Assembly: GCA_009103225.1 (NCBI GenBank)
Contig: RHPI01003642.1
Span: forward strand, 859,099 to 923,098
DNA from: Chlorokybus atmophyticus
Taxonomy: Eukaryota > Plantae > Mesostigma and Chlorokybus algae
DNA: 64,000 nt
Direction: 5' to 3'
Shown: one piece after another, positions 35,986-46,450 of the stretch
Position numbering within the stretch: position 1 is the stretch's first letter
How the letters are laid out: the number at the start of each line of letters is the position of its first letter
Translations under genes and position numbers: made by a program
Notes under the pieces: generated by a model
Seen by the model: the letters and a program-made list of their open reading frames with translations, nothing else
Told to the model about the DNA's origin: nothing
The model's database searches: none

Positions 35986-38900
35986 TGTTGGAGTATAGGA
36001 CCAAATTCTGCCGTCTCTAGACTCCAGTCAGCTTAGTCTGGCTAAGTACTCATTAGTGTTGAAGTATGGAACCAGATTCTGCCATCCCTAGACTCCAGGC
36101 AGCTTGTTCTGGCTAAGTACTTAGCAGTTTCGTACTTAGCAATATATTGGAGTGTAGGACATGGCTCTGCCGCCTTTGAACTCTAGTCAGCTTAGTCTGG
36201 CTAAGTATTTATTAGTTTGTACTTAGCAGACTCCAGACCTGTCGAGTTTCCTAACAGTTCTGATAGTCCTGGCAGTTTCGACGGTTCAGGGCTGTATTCT
36301 AATTAGGGTTTGGTGTTGACCAGACCTGACTTGTATGACTACTTTGTAGTTAGAAAGGTTATTTGGGTATAAGGGGACGCCCATACACGCTTCTAATGGT
36401 TCACTTTTACTTGTGCTTGAGTATGGGGGCGGCAAGGCCTGATTCTGGCGTGGCCTGGATTGAATTTGGTCTGGTCTGGTCTGACTGGTCGTTCTGCTTG
36501 CACAAATGTTTGAGGGTGTTGTGTTGTGTATTCACGCCTAAAGAGCTCACATCTCAACTGGTTATGGGCCCATATACGCTAGGTATTGAGCTGGTATAGG
36601 CATTTTGGCTGTGCATTTAATTTGATAGTAGCTTTTTTTGAGTCTGTGCTATTCTTGTGAGATTGTGGAGGTCTGGGCGCCTGGAATTGCTGTTTCTGGC
36701 ATGATTGGGGCTTGTTTTTTGCAGGGGGTTTGCTATGACGACCAGCTACGATAAGAAGGTGATTGAGCCGCTTGGAGATGACAACTACAACACGTGAAGC
36801 AGCCGCATGAGGTGGTTATTCGAGCACAAGAGCTTATGGGAGTTCGTGGACCCAGAGGAGGCAGACCCTCTACCCATAGGCCGGAGCGCTGTTTGGAAGC
36901 AGAACTTCAGGAAAGCACTTGCACTCATTGGTTTGAACGTGAGGGACTTTTACTTGGTCACATTAGATGCTTGCTTCACTGCTAGGGAGGCTTGGGAGAA
37001 GTTACCAGACTCTTTTAAGGCCAAAAACAATGCCAGGCGTGTTCAGCTTAGGCGCGACCTGAATGCCTTGAAAAATGAGTCCAGTGAGCCAATCACCAAG
37101 TACATTTTGCGAGCAAGAGAGCTTTAGAAAGACCTACTAGGCGTTGGCAGCGAAGTGAAGGAGTCTGAGGTGGTTTGGGCTATCCTTACAGGTCTGAAAA
37201 ACGATTTTGGCACATTGATCACGGTGCTAGAAGGTCTTGACTCTGACCCCACGTTGGATGAGATTATGCCAAGGTTGCTACAAGTTGAGCAGAGGCTTAA
37301 AGAAGGATGAGGCTTCAAACGGTGGCTTTTGCAGTTTTCAGATGCAGTGGTTCAAGTTACAGCTCCAAACCCAAGGCACAAGGAGCTAGCTCTTCAAACC
37401 ACAGCAGTTTTTCTCAGAAAAAGCAGGTCAGGAAGTGCAGCTATTGCAAGATGCTTGGTCATTCAGAGGAGAAGTGTTGGAAGAAGCATGGCAGGCCTGA
37501 GGGTGTTAGAAAACAAGAAAAATCCATGGCTTTTACTGCTGGTGCTTCAGTTTCGGACCAGAGCTTGGTTTTAGACTCTGGTGCCAACCGCCATATGACC
37601 TTTGACAAGTCTGCATCATGCAGACAAATGATTTGTCTCCTAGAAAACCCTAGTCAGACCCTTCAGTGTTGGATGCGCTGAGAAGGGAAGCGTGATGGGC
37701 GCTATCGGCCAAGGGGATGTCATCCTTGATTGCCAAGTTGAGGGTTCAACAAGGCAAGTGCAGCTCAAGGATGTTCTTTATGTTCCAGAGCTTGCTGCAA
37801 GTTTATTTTCTGTCAAGGCTGCTGCACTTGCTGGTGCTAAGATTGAGTTTGAGGCGCGAAAGGTCTGCATTGTATTTGGGGGCATTAAGAGGCTGGAGGC
37901 TTTGAGTTAAGGAGGAGAATTGTACTTGATTCAGGGCCAGACTTTAGTTCAGCATGTCCCGAAAGTTCAGGCACTTGATGCAGCACCTTTGGAGTCTGCT
38001 CAGCTCTAGCACAGGAGGTTTGGGCATTTGGGCTTTGATATTGTGGCGTTGGTGAAGGAAGGCATGGTGGATGGCATTACTTTCAATCCTGAAGACTTTC
38101 AGGCTGCGAAGGCTGCTTTGTTCGACCCTTGTGTTCTCGAGAAGCAGACTCGGCTGCCATTTCCTCACTCTACTCGTGTGAGAACGCGTTGCTTAAAGCT
38201 TGTCCACATGGATGTGTGCGGTCCCATGCCGGTGACATCATTTGATGGAAACTTCAAGTATTTTGTCACATTCTTTGATGATTTCAGCAAGTTGTCCGTG
38301 GTCGTGCCTTTGGTGTTGAAGTCACATGTTACCAAGGCAGTCGCAGAGGTTTTCCAGCTGATTGAGACTCAGACCAGTCTAAAAGTTACTTCAATCCGCT
38401 CAAATCATGGTGGCAAGTTCGTCAACAACAACTTGAGGGACTACTATTTTAAGAAGGGCATTCGGCATAAGACTACAGCACCTTATACTCCAGAACAGAA
38501 CGGCAAGGCGGAAAGGCTCAACCGCACGCTCTTAGAGATGGTTAGGTCCATGCTCATTGATGCCAAGATGGAGGACTGCATGTGGCGTGAGGCTTTGCTT
38601 GCTGCAAACTTTATTCGCAACCGCTCTCTCGTGCATTCTCAAGCCAAGACTCCGTGGGAGCCATTCACAGGTGTGAGGCCTGATGTTAGCATGATGAGAG
38701 TCTTCGGTTCTGCTGCCTTTGTACCCAAGCAGCAACGACACAAGTTGGCTGAAGTCAGTCGCCGTGGTGTGTTTGTGGGTTATGAGACTGGTTGAAAGGC
38801 GTGGAGAGTTTTGCTGGATGAAACTCGCAAGGTTGTGGTGAGTTATGATGTGACTTTTGCTGAGGGAGGAGTAGGAGCTGGAGTATTGGGCGTTGACATC

Positions 38901-40768
38901 ACTTTTGATGCCGTTGAGCCTTCAGAACCAGCAGTTTCAGTTGTTTCACACCATGTTCCTGCAGTTTCAGAACAGGGGTTGAGTTCTTCAGGCATATTAC
39001 ACCAGGTTCAGGCAGCAAAAGCCCTTCACCTCCTGACACCACTGAAACCCAACACCAGCAACAGCCAGGAAGGCAGCACCCTTCTCGTGAGAGGCAGAAA
39101 ACTGATTGGTTTTACAACAAAGCTTAAGCGGTGTTTGATGCACTGAAAGGTCTGAAGGAGCTCAGCACTCATGAGCAGGCTCTTCAAAGTCCAGATGCAG
39201 ACCTTTGGCAAAAGGCTATGGATGAGGAGATCGCATCCTTGCTTGCCAATCAGACCTGGAGGCTGGAAACTGTTCCGGCCGACATAAAATCCATTCCGGT
39301 CAAGTGGGTTTACAAGATCAAGAAAGACGGCCAGGGCAACATTGAGTGCTACAAGGCGAGGCTTGTCGCGAAGGGCTTTCTTCAGCATGAGGGCATCGAC
39401 TTCAACGAGGTCTTTGCACCCGCTAGTAAGCATACAACTTTTCGGACTTTGCTGGCTTTGGTGGGTCGCCCAGGACTTTGAGCTGCATCATGTTGATGTG
39501 AAGACTGCGTTCCGCTACGGCGAGCTTAAACAGGATATTTATGTGCAACAACCCAAGGGCTACCATGAGGGAGAACCTGATGTGGCTTGTAAGCTTGTAA
39601 AGGCCTTGTAGAGTCAAAAACAGGCGCCCAGGGTTCGGCACATCCGCTTGACCAAAGAGCTTGAGATTCTGAGCTTTGTTCCCAGCACTGCAAACTTAGG
39701 ACTCTTCGTTTCTGAACAGCTGCAGGTCTGGCTTTTGGTTTATGCTGATGATATCCTCATTGCTGCCTGCATCTTAAAGGACTTGGAGGTTGTCAAGTCT
39801 GGCTTCAGCAAGGCTATTAATGTTTGTGACCTTGGAGAAGCCAAGTACTTCTTGGGCATTGTCATAAACAAGAACAGGCGAACAAGATCTGCCAATAGTA
39901 GCCAGGAGCAGATGGTCACCGGATTGGTTGACAAGTTTGGGCTGCAAGATGCTAAGGTGAAGGCAACATCTATGGCGGTAGGAGTCAAACTTGTCAAGTC
40001 TGACAGTGAGGCAGATCTGCTTGACACGACTCAGTACCCTTACAGCACTCTTGTTGGGAATTTGTTGTACTTGGCAATCAGCACCAGGTCTGACATTTCC
40101 CATTCCGTGGGAGTTTTGGCCAGGTTTATGTCTGCACGTACCTTGGAGCACTGGAAGATTGCAAAGGCTTGTATGCGCTATGTGGCTGGGACTTCCAGTG
40201 TTGGCATTACTTCTTCTGTTGGACTTACAGTTTTGGAGGGTTACTGCGACGCAAATTATGCAGGTGACCTTAATTCTAGGCGGTCTACTACTAGCTACAC
40301 ATTCTTGTTGTATGGTGGAGTCGTGAGTTGGCAGCAAGCTTCAACCCACTGTTGCAGGTTTTACTGCAGAGGCTGAGTATATGGCTGCATCCCATGCAGT
40401 CAAGGAGGGGCTTTGGTTGCGCAAGCTGGTTGCAGACTTTGGTCTGGACCAGATTGTCATCCCCATGCATTGTGACAACCAAGGAGCTATCAAACTTCTG
40501 AAGCACCCCGTTGCTTCAGTCAGATCGAAGCACATTGATGTCATGCATCACTTTGTACGGGAGCGCGTCACTCGTGGCGAGGTGGAGTTCAGGTTTTGCA
40601 AGACTGAAGACATGCTCGCAGACTTTATGACGAAGGCTTTGACACCTTCTAAGTTTCAAACCTGCTGCGAAGGTCGAGGCGTCCACTAAGCTGCCTGCGT
40701 GGGAGTGTTGGAGTATAGGACTAGATTCTGCCGTCTCTAGACTCCAGTCAGCTTAGTTTGGCTAAGTA
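35986..40768 (+). mobile_element. Degenerate Ty1/Copia LTR retrotransposon with truncated 3' LTR
   Basis: 5' LTR spans ~35986-36559, followed by PBS GGTTATGGGCCC (36560-71). gag has CSYCKMLGHSEEKC; protease LVLDSGANRHMT; integrase LVHMDVCGP...TAPYTPEQNGKAERLNRTL; RT YKARLVAKGF...DVKTAF and LLVYADDILIA; RNase H CDNQGAIKLLKHPVASVRSKHIDV. Stop is at 40689, then PPT GCGTGGGAG and a 63-bp 3' LTR remnant (40706-40768, 3 mismatches to the 5' LTR). Several frameshifts and stops are present. Confidence 0.96.
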
Positions 40769-40989
40769 GAATTGGCAGAGCAGTCTGAGGAGGAAGAGGT
40801 GGTGCCAACTGCAAGAAAGCCGAGGAATACCAGCTAGCGAGACATGAAAATATGTCCTCCATTGAATCATATGCACATCTCATTCGGGCACAAGGAGCGG
40901 TTACGCACCTGGGCCCACACGAAACTAGTGCACGGTATCAAGGCCTAATAGGCTACTACTTTAGCAGACATCTATCAGCTCGACTAGCT

Positions 40990-41066
40990 CCACCACAACC
41001 ACAACCACAACCACAACCACAACCACAACCACCATAACAACAACAACAACCACCAGCACCACCACG
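40990..41066. repeat. (CCACAA)n / (CAA)n simple repeat
   Basis: Direct inspection: tandem CCACAA units followed by CAA units. Confidence 0.95.
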
Positions 41067-41888
41067 ATAGTGCTCATTAATTTTATGCAGGCTTATCGAT
41101 TGAGTCAGTAGCATCCAGGTATTTGCTTTCAGCTGTAGGCTAGACTCATAGTGCAGCTGCAGGCTGGGCTTATAGGCATCCATACAATGTACATAGCCTG
41201 CACAACACATGTGCATAACTGTATGCAGGAATGTATAGCAATTGCATGTTATTGCTTGCCCTGCTTGCTTGGTCTTCACACATGCAATCCCATGCACACG
41301 CGCACAGTGCGCATAGTTGTCTTATTATCCGCGGTTATTCAAACTAGTCTATGACGCAGATACAAACACACACATCACACACACATGAATGCAAGTGCAA
41401 ACATACTCACTTGCTGCATGATGTCCTGGCTTCCAATACATGCGGCGTTAGTTACATTTTATTCGCCATCCATCGCTTCTACCCCTCTTTGTCCATGCAA
41501 TGCTGCTTATGCTGCTCCCTTGCCTTGGCCCGTCGAGCTTTGTTTTGATTTTAAAATGGTCCTCCATCTGGTCGCTCGCAGCTGTGTTAACCACCGATAC
41601 GCCTTGCCTCCTCCCCATGCCTTCTTTAGGTAGTCCACTACCATATGATCGTCGGACCGCACCTCTTTTACCACAACAACCCGAGGGGGTGGGTCATCAG
41701 GGTCTTCATCTGGAGGCTCATGCGGAAGTCTAAAGTCAGAAATGGACTTGTTGTTGTGCCAAAGCTTCCCGGTGTTAGCATGAGCATGTCTTGAACACTG
41801 CTCAGTCCGTTCAGCTCGTGAATTGGCTAAGGCACGAACCTTAGAGATACTGCTACTAGTATGACCTGATATCGATCAGTCATGAGTC

Positions 41889-42352
41889 TGTAGCAAATAT
41901 CGAGTCCACTACACTGAGTATGACCAAGCAGGAGACTCCGAACTTGCTCATGAGGCTGGCGCAGCCTGACGCAGCCAACGCCTTTGGAGAATGGCGAGAA
42001 CTCCGCGTATACCGCGCCTTAGGAGGCGTGGCTTAGCTTGTTGGAAAGCTTTAGCTATAAGCTAGACAGCTAAGCTTGCATATTGGCAATCTGCTGAGTA
42101 TAGCTCACGCGGTGCTTGCTAAAGTAGACATGTGTAGTTTGGCTGGTATAAAGGCCAGCGCAACTACAAGTTGTTGGTTCGGGTGAAACCCCTTTTGAAA
42201 GCTTTGTGTGCACGCCTCGTGTGTATGTTCTAGTGCATGTACCAGCTGTAGTTGGTTAGCACTAGCTCAGTGTTCAACACCCAGGACATCCCCTGGTTCT
42301 GGCCACTGGCAAGGGGATGTCGGCTGCAGTCACTCTCAACTCTGTGCTATCA
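41889..42352 (+). mobile_element. Solo LTR (464 bp)
   Basis: TGTAGCA...TGCTATCA ends, TSD GAGTC/TAGTC (4/5) and TATAAA at 42147. The sequence around the TATA resembles that of the 33022-33693 LTR. Confidence 0.6.
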
Positions 42353-42687
42353 TAGTCTCACGCTAATTGACGATTTGCAACATCGCGGTTAAGCAACGCC
42401 AAGAGCTTGCGCTGCAACTGGTCTCCATTGATGAGCGTAACCTCATCGGCCAAACGCCGAATGCATTGTGCACCAGTGTCTCTGTCAATCAGGTCATTGC
42501 CCATGGCATCACGCTTCTTGGTATGGAGCCGCACTTGCACATGGCTTGTTGACTTCCGCCAATCAAACAGGTAGATCGCATCCACTCGGCATGGTGCGAT
42601 AATTGGATCCGCCATCTTCATAGAAGCAACGCCTCTGCGTCTGCCAATGCCAATATCAAAGGCTTTACTCACTGTGCATCAAGAGAT

Positions 42688-42847
42688 GCCTATGAGACTT
42701 TAGGTCACAGCAATGGAATGCAACTCATAGGCATTGCCCAGTGCCTTTGACTCTTTGAGTCGCAGCAATGGACTGCATAACTCGTGGACACTGGACAGTG
42801 CCTATGAGATTTCAAGTTAGAGCTATAGATTGCATAACTCGTAGACC
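42688..42847. repeat. 55-57-bp minisatellite, ~3 units, in a putative transposase intron
   Basis: Units resemble GCCTATGAGACTTTAGGTCACAGCAATGGAATGCATAACTCATAGACACTGAACAGT and start at 42688, 42743 and 42800. Confidence 0.9.
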
Positions 42848-43852
42848 AAACCACACACTTGTAGATGACCCAATATGCAGATATGCGCGGAACTTGCGTA
42901 TGCCTCAAGGCAAGTTGCCATTAATGTTCTTAACGCGTTTGATTCAAGGCCAAGGGTCCCTAAAGAGGGACAGGCTTTTGTTGCTGCCAATAATGATGCC
43001 CTTGTCTCCGATCAGTCATGCATGCTCTAAGTCTAGGAATTTCTCAACAACGATCCAGTGCTCCGTGGCGTGCTTTTGAGTGCGCACTTCGTAATTACAG
43101 TCACTACATGCCTCACTTGAAGGCTAGTAAACCTGCTAAGAGTCCGCCATGTTATCATTAGCTCGGTGGCACAACAGCTTTTCCGTCCGCTGATCTTCTC
43201 GCACGTTGAGTGTCTACGTAAACCATCTCCTTTATATACGCCGCATGTAGCTGATCTCAAACTGCTTCCCGTTGATGAAGGTGTTGATGTTGTTGGACAC
43301 AATGCGCTTTGCACAAAACACCAGTACACATTATAACCTCCGTGCCAGATAATGTCCTCCAAGATGTGACCGGCATCGGCCACATGCTCGTTGGGCCTTT
43401 TGTTGGTGCCAAACAAGTCCTCCGAGTAGACCCTCCAATATATCAAAAGAGCGTCAGCAAGATTCAACAGCTCCGCAGTCCATCCATGTAGGCAAGAGTT
43501 GTGGAGAAGATGCGGATGAGTAAGTGCAACGCGAAGCTGACGTCTTTGGTTGCTTTGTCTACAAGATTGCATACAGCGTATGGCACAGCATACTGCATGA
43601 ATATCTGCAAATCTTGGGCCTTGGACCAAGCCAGGTGCTTGCTAATGCCTCTTGCGAAATGTGTGCTCCTCAAGTTCATGGAGCGTGATATGCGCATCTG
43701 GGACAACTTGCTCTCCACCTTGGCAATGTCTTTGACATGCTTTGAACTGTCTGCACCAAGCAACCTACGAACCGAACTCTTGCAAAGCCCCTTCAGCAAC
43801 AGGTGCATTGTGTAATTGACCAAGTCGCGGCAACAATTAAACTCGTACAAAT

Positions 43853-44367
43853 TGTAAAAAGTGGGCTCCGACCACTAGGCTATGGTAGCAAAAAACGCTA
43901 CCATGAGTGAGGTCTGTGACAATTTATCCAAAATTGTGACATTCCTCCCCATTTTAACCCACGGGTTCCTCATTACCCAATGAAGCACATACTAGCCCAC
44001 GTCGCCGTGGTCATGGCCGTACCACGACCGGTCTGCCCGCGGCCTTTTTACATCCGGCCTACGACCGGTCATAACCGACCGTACTGCAGCGGCCATCCTC
44101 ACCGCGCGACCTGCCAGCACGGCGCGACCGCTCACGCGGCCATAGGTCAAACTGTCTCGGTGCGCAGGTTGCCAACCTGCGCCTAGCCTAGAGCAAGCCA
44201 CCCCAAATATTTTTTGCCTTTGAATATGCCTCACTCCCCTACGGGAATTGAACATGAGACGTCAAGCTCCGATACCATTGTAACAAGTGGGCTCCGACCA
44301 CTGGGCTATGGTAGCAAAAGACGCTACCATAAGTGAGGTTTGTCACAATTTATTCGAAATTGTGACA
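43853..44367 (-). mobile_element. TRIM (terminal-repeat retrotransposon in miniature), 515 bp
   Basis: Two 89-bp TG...CA LTRs at 43853-43941 and 44279-44367 differ at 8 of 89 positions. The minus-strand PBS TGGTATCGGAGC (44277-44266) lies 1 nt from the 5' LTR, and PPT AAAATGGGGAGGAA abuts the 3' LTR. TSD is CAAAT/CAGAT. No coding capacity was seen. Confidence 0.92.
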
Positions 44368-44849
44368 CAGATGCCACAACCGCTAAAGTGGACATTTGCC
44401 GGTGATGCCAAACTCCATTGATTTTCTTCAATTCTGGCCACCAAGTGAGTCCACCACGCACGCGTTGTTATATGCATCCTTTGCTGCTCCCTCTGCTGGG
44501 GGATGGCGGCAGTAGTAGCAATTGTCACTATAAAAGTGATGAGTACGTGTCCTCGTAGTATCTTCACCCTGCTCAGCTAGCCGGGGCACTTGGTGCTGAG
44601 TGGCTTTGAAAAGACAACAATGGTAGGGGACAAGACCTTACACTGGCCTATCTCACATTGTGCTGACTGATCACCCGTCCATGCCCACAACACTACCCGC
44701 AGCGTTCGCTTTTTACATGCAATGAAAGCAACGAGCCCGTCAGTATCTCTACATACTTGGATAGGCCCCTGACATAGGCCGCGCTGGGCAGACTTTCATA
44801 GACCGCAAGCTGGCAGATATGCTGTATCAAGTCGTCTCCTCTGTCTAGT

Positions 44850-44925
44850 GCCCAGGAGTCTTTAGGTCACAGCAATGGCAAAGCATAAGTTGTAGACTCT
44901 GGACGGTTTCTATAAGACTTTAGGT
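44850..44925. repeat. Same ~57-bp minisatellite, ~1.3 units, inside putative intron 44822-44962
   Basis: GCCCAGGAGTCTTTAGGTCACAGCAATGGCAAAGCATAAGTTGTAGACTCTGGACGGT followed by a partial unit. Confidence 0.85.
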
Positions 44926-46296
44926 GATATAGGTGATATGTTACAACCAAGTCATTTCCTACTCGTTGATTAAGCACGCGGCTATCAACATGATGGGAGT
45001 CGAGGCCATAACAAACAGTAAAGCCGTTAAAGTAAAGGTTCCCCAAGTCACGCACCAGTGGTTCCAGAAAAGGCTTCAGATTGTCGACAGCGTTTGGGAG
45101 CTAATCAGTGGGAACAAAAAGCAAGGCATGACAAAAGACTCTTGTCGGGAAATGTGCTCCCCGCCATTAAGCATAGAGGCACTGACAACGGTGCAGCTGT
45201 GCTTCACAGTGGTTTTAAAGCTGAAGCCGTCGGTGTGGATTCGCAGGGCTATGTTGCGAGGGTCGCCAAGAGCTTGCTGTACCACCTGATGGTTGGTTTC
45301 GTGGCATCATGAGCATTTAAATGTCGCGTGATCGCCTGCGTTGTAATGCTTCAAGTTGACATCCGAGATGTGGTGGCAGAATGCGCACGACACAAGCAGC
45401 TTGAGTTCGTGGCGAGGGTCCCAGCAGTTGCAGTGATGCTACTGCTTTGCCAATACTCAATGTTTGCAGCGGGTACTTGTTCCACAAGAACGTGCATCCA
45501 TTCATCTTTGTGACGCCAATCCTCCTGGTAGTCGTGAGCGATTAATGGGACAGATAATTCTTGGCGCTGAGCCAGGCACCTATACGTTTGTACAAGAAGT
45601 CGCAACATTCTTTGCAAGCCCTGCCGCATCCACCTCCGCACGGTGTGTTGCGAAGGCAATCAACCCATTTTTGGTTGAGTCCGCCCATGTCCCAGTCCTC
45701 GTCATCTTCATTGAGTGTGGAAGAAGGCGCATAAAAAAAGCACTTGCATGTGGGACAGATGGTCAGGCGCTGAGGAACAGGCATGCCGAGCGCGGCCAGC
45801 AGTTTATCCATGGCGGCAATATCTGTCGCCAGCTCATTCGCGCACAGGGCTGTGCGACATCGTGTCGCCTATGAGGCTGGGAATGTCATCCCGCAACTGC
45901 TCATGTTCAAGAAGGGACCTCCAAGGCTAGCTTTACAAGGAACTTATCGGGCCAATGATGAGCTTGATGATTTGTTGACAAGAGCAACTTGACACAAGCA
46001 TCTTCCAGGGCTGTCATGATTTGTAAATATATATGCAACCACTTCTTCGTAGCAGACTCTGATGGCGGTCGGCTGAGCTCGAGAGGTTGAGTAGGGGGGA
46101 TAGGCGGTGCCCGCCTGCTTACGGCGATTGCCAGGTCAAGTGCACGCCCTTGCAACTTTTTAGTCCACCATCTATGATGACAGAGTTGGTTAGTCTTCGA
46201 GCGACCAAGGCCAATCCACATCACCACGCTATCAGAAACACAAGCAAGACACACGCATGTATGGCAATATTATAAACCGGATTGGCACTGTCCAGA

Positions 46297-46450
46297 GCCA
46301 GCGAGACTTTAGGTTACAGCAATAAAGTGCATAACTCATAGACACTGAACAGTGCCTATGAGGCTGTAGGTCACAGCAATGGAATGCATAACTAGTAGGC
46401 ATTCAACAGTGTTTGTGCCAATTAGGGCAATGAAATGCATGACTCATAGC
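46297..46450. repeat. Same 57-bp minisatellite, ~3 units
   Basis: Units start at 46297 and 46354 (57-bp spacing), followed by a third degenerate unit. Confidence 0.9.

Larger units (their letters stand above)
42358..46230 (-). pseudogene. CACTA/EnSpm Tnp2-family transposase, intron-containing, frameshifted and interrupted by a TRIM
   Basis: Motifs in order: MDKLLAALGMPVPQRLTICPTC, DPRNIALRIHTDGFSFKTTVKHS (Transposase_21-like), LRVVLWAWTGDQSAQCEIGQCK, RDLVNYTMHLLLKGLCK, and KRPNEH...GHILEDIIWHGGYNVYWCF (DUF4218-like). A last coding-like exon spans 42671-42358. Confidence 0.88.

Noticed and set aside
44235-44256. tRNA T-arm-like GTTCAATTCCCGTAGGGGAG on the minus strand
   Set aside because: No D-arm, anticodon arm or acceptor stem can be built. 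It is part of the TRIM leader, not a tRNA gene.
42688-46450. Regularly sized repeats as a CRISPR-like array
   Set aside because: The units are head-to-tail with no unique spacers, the context is eukaryotic and there are no cas genes.
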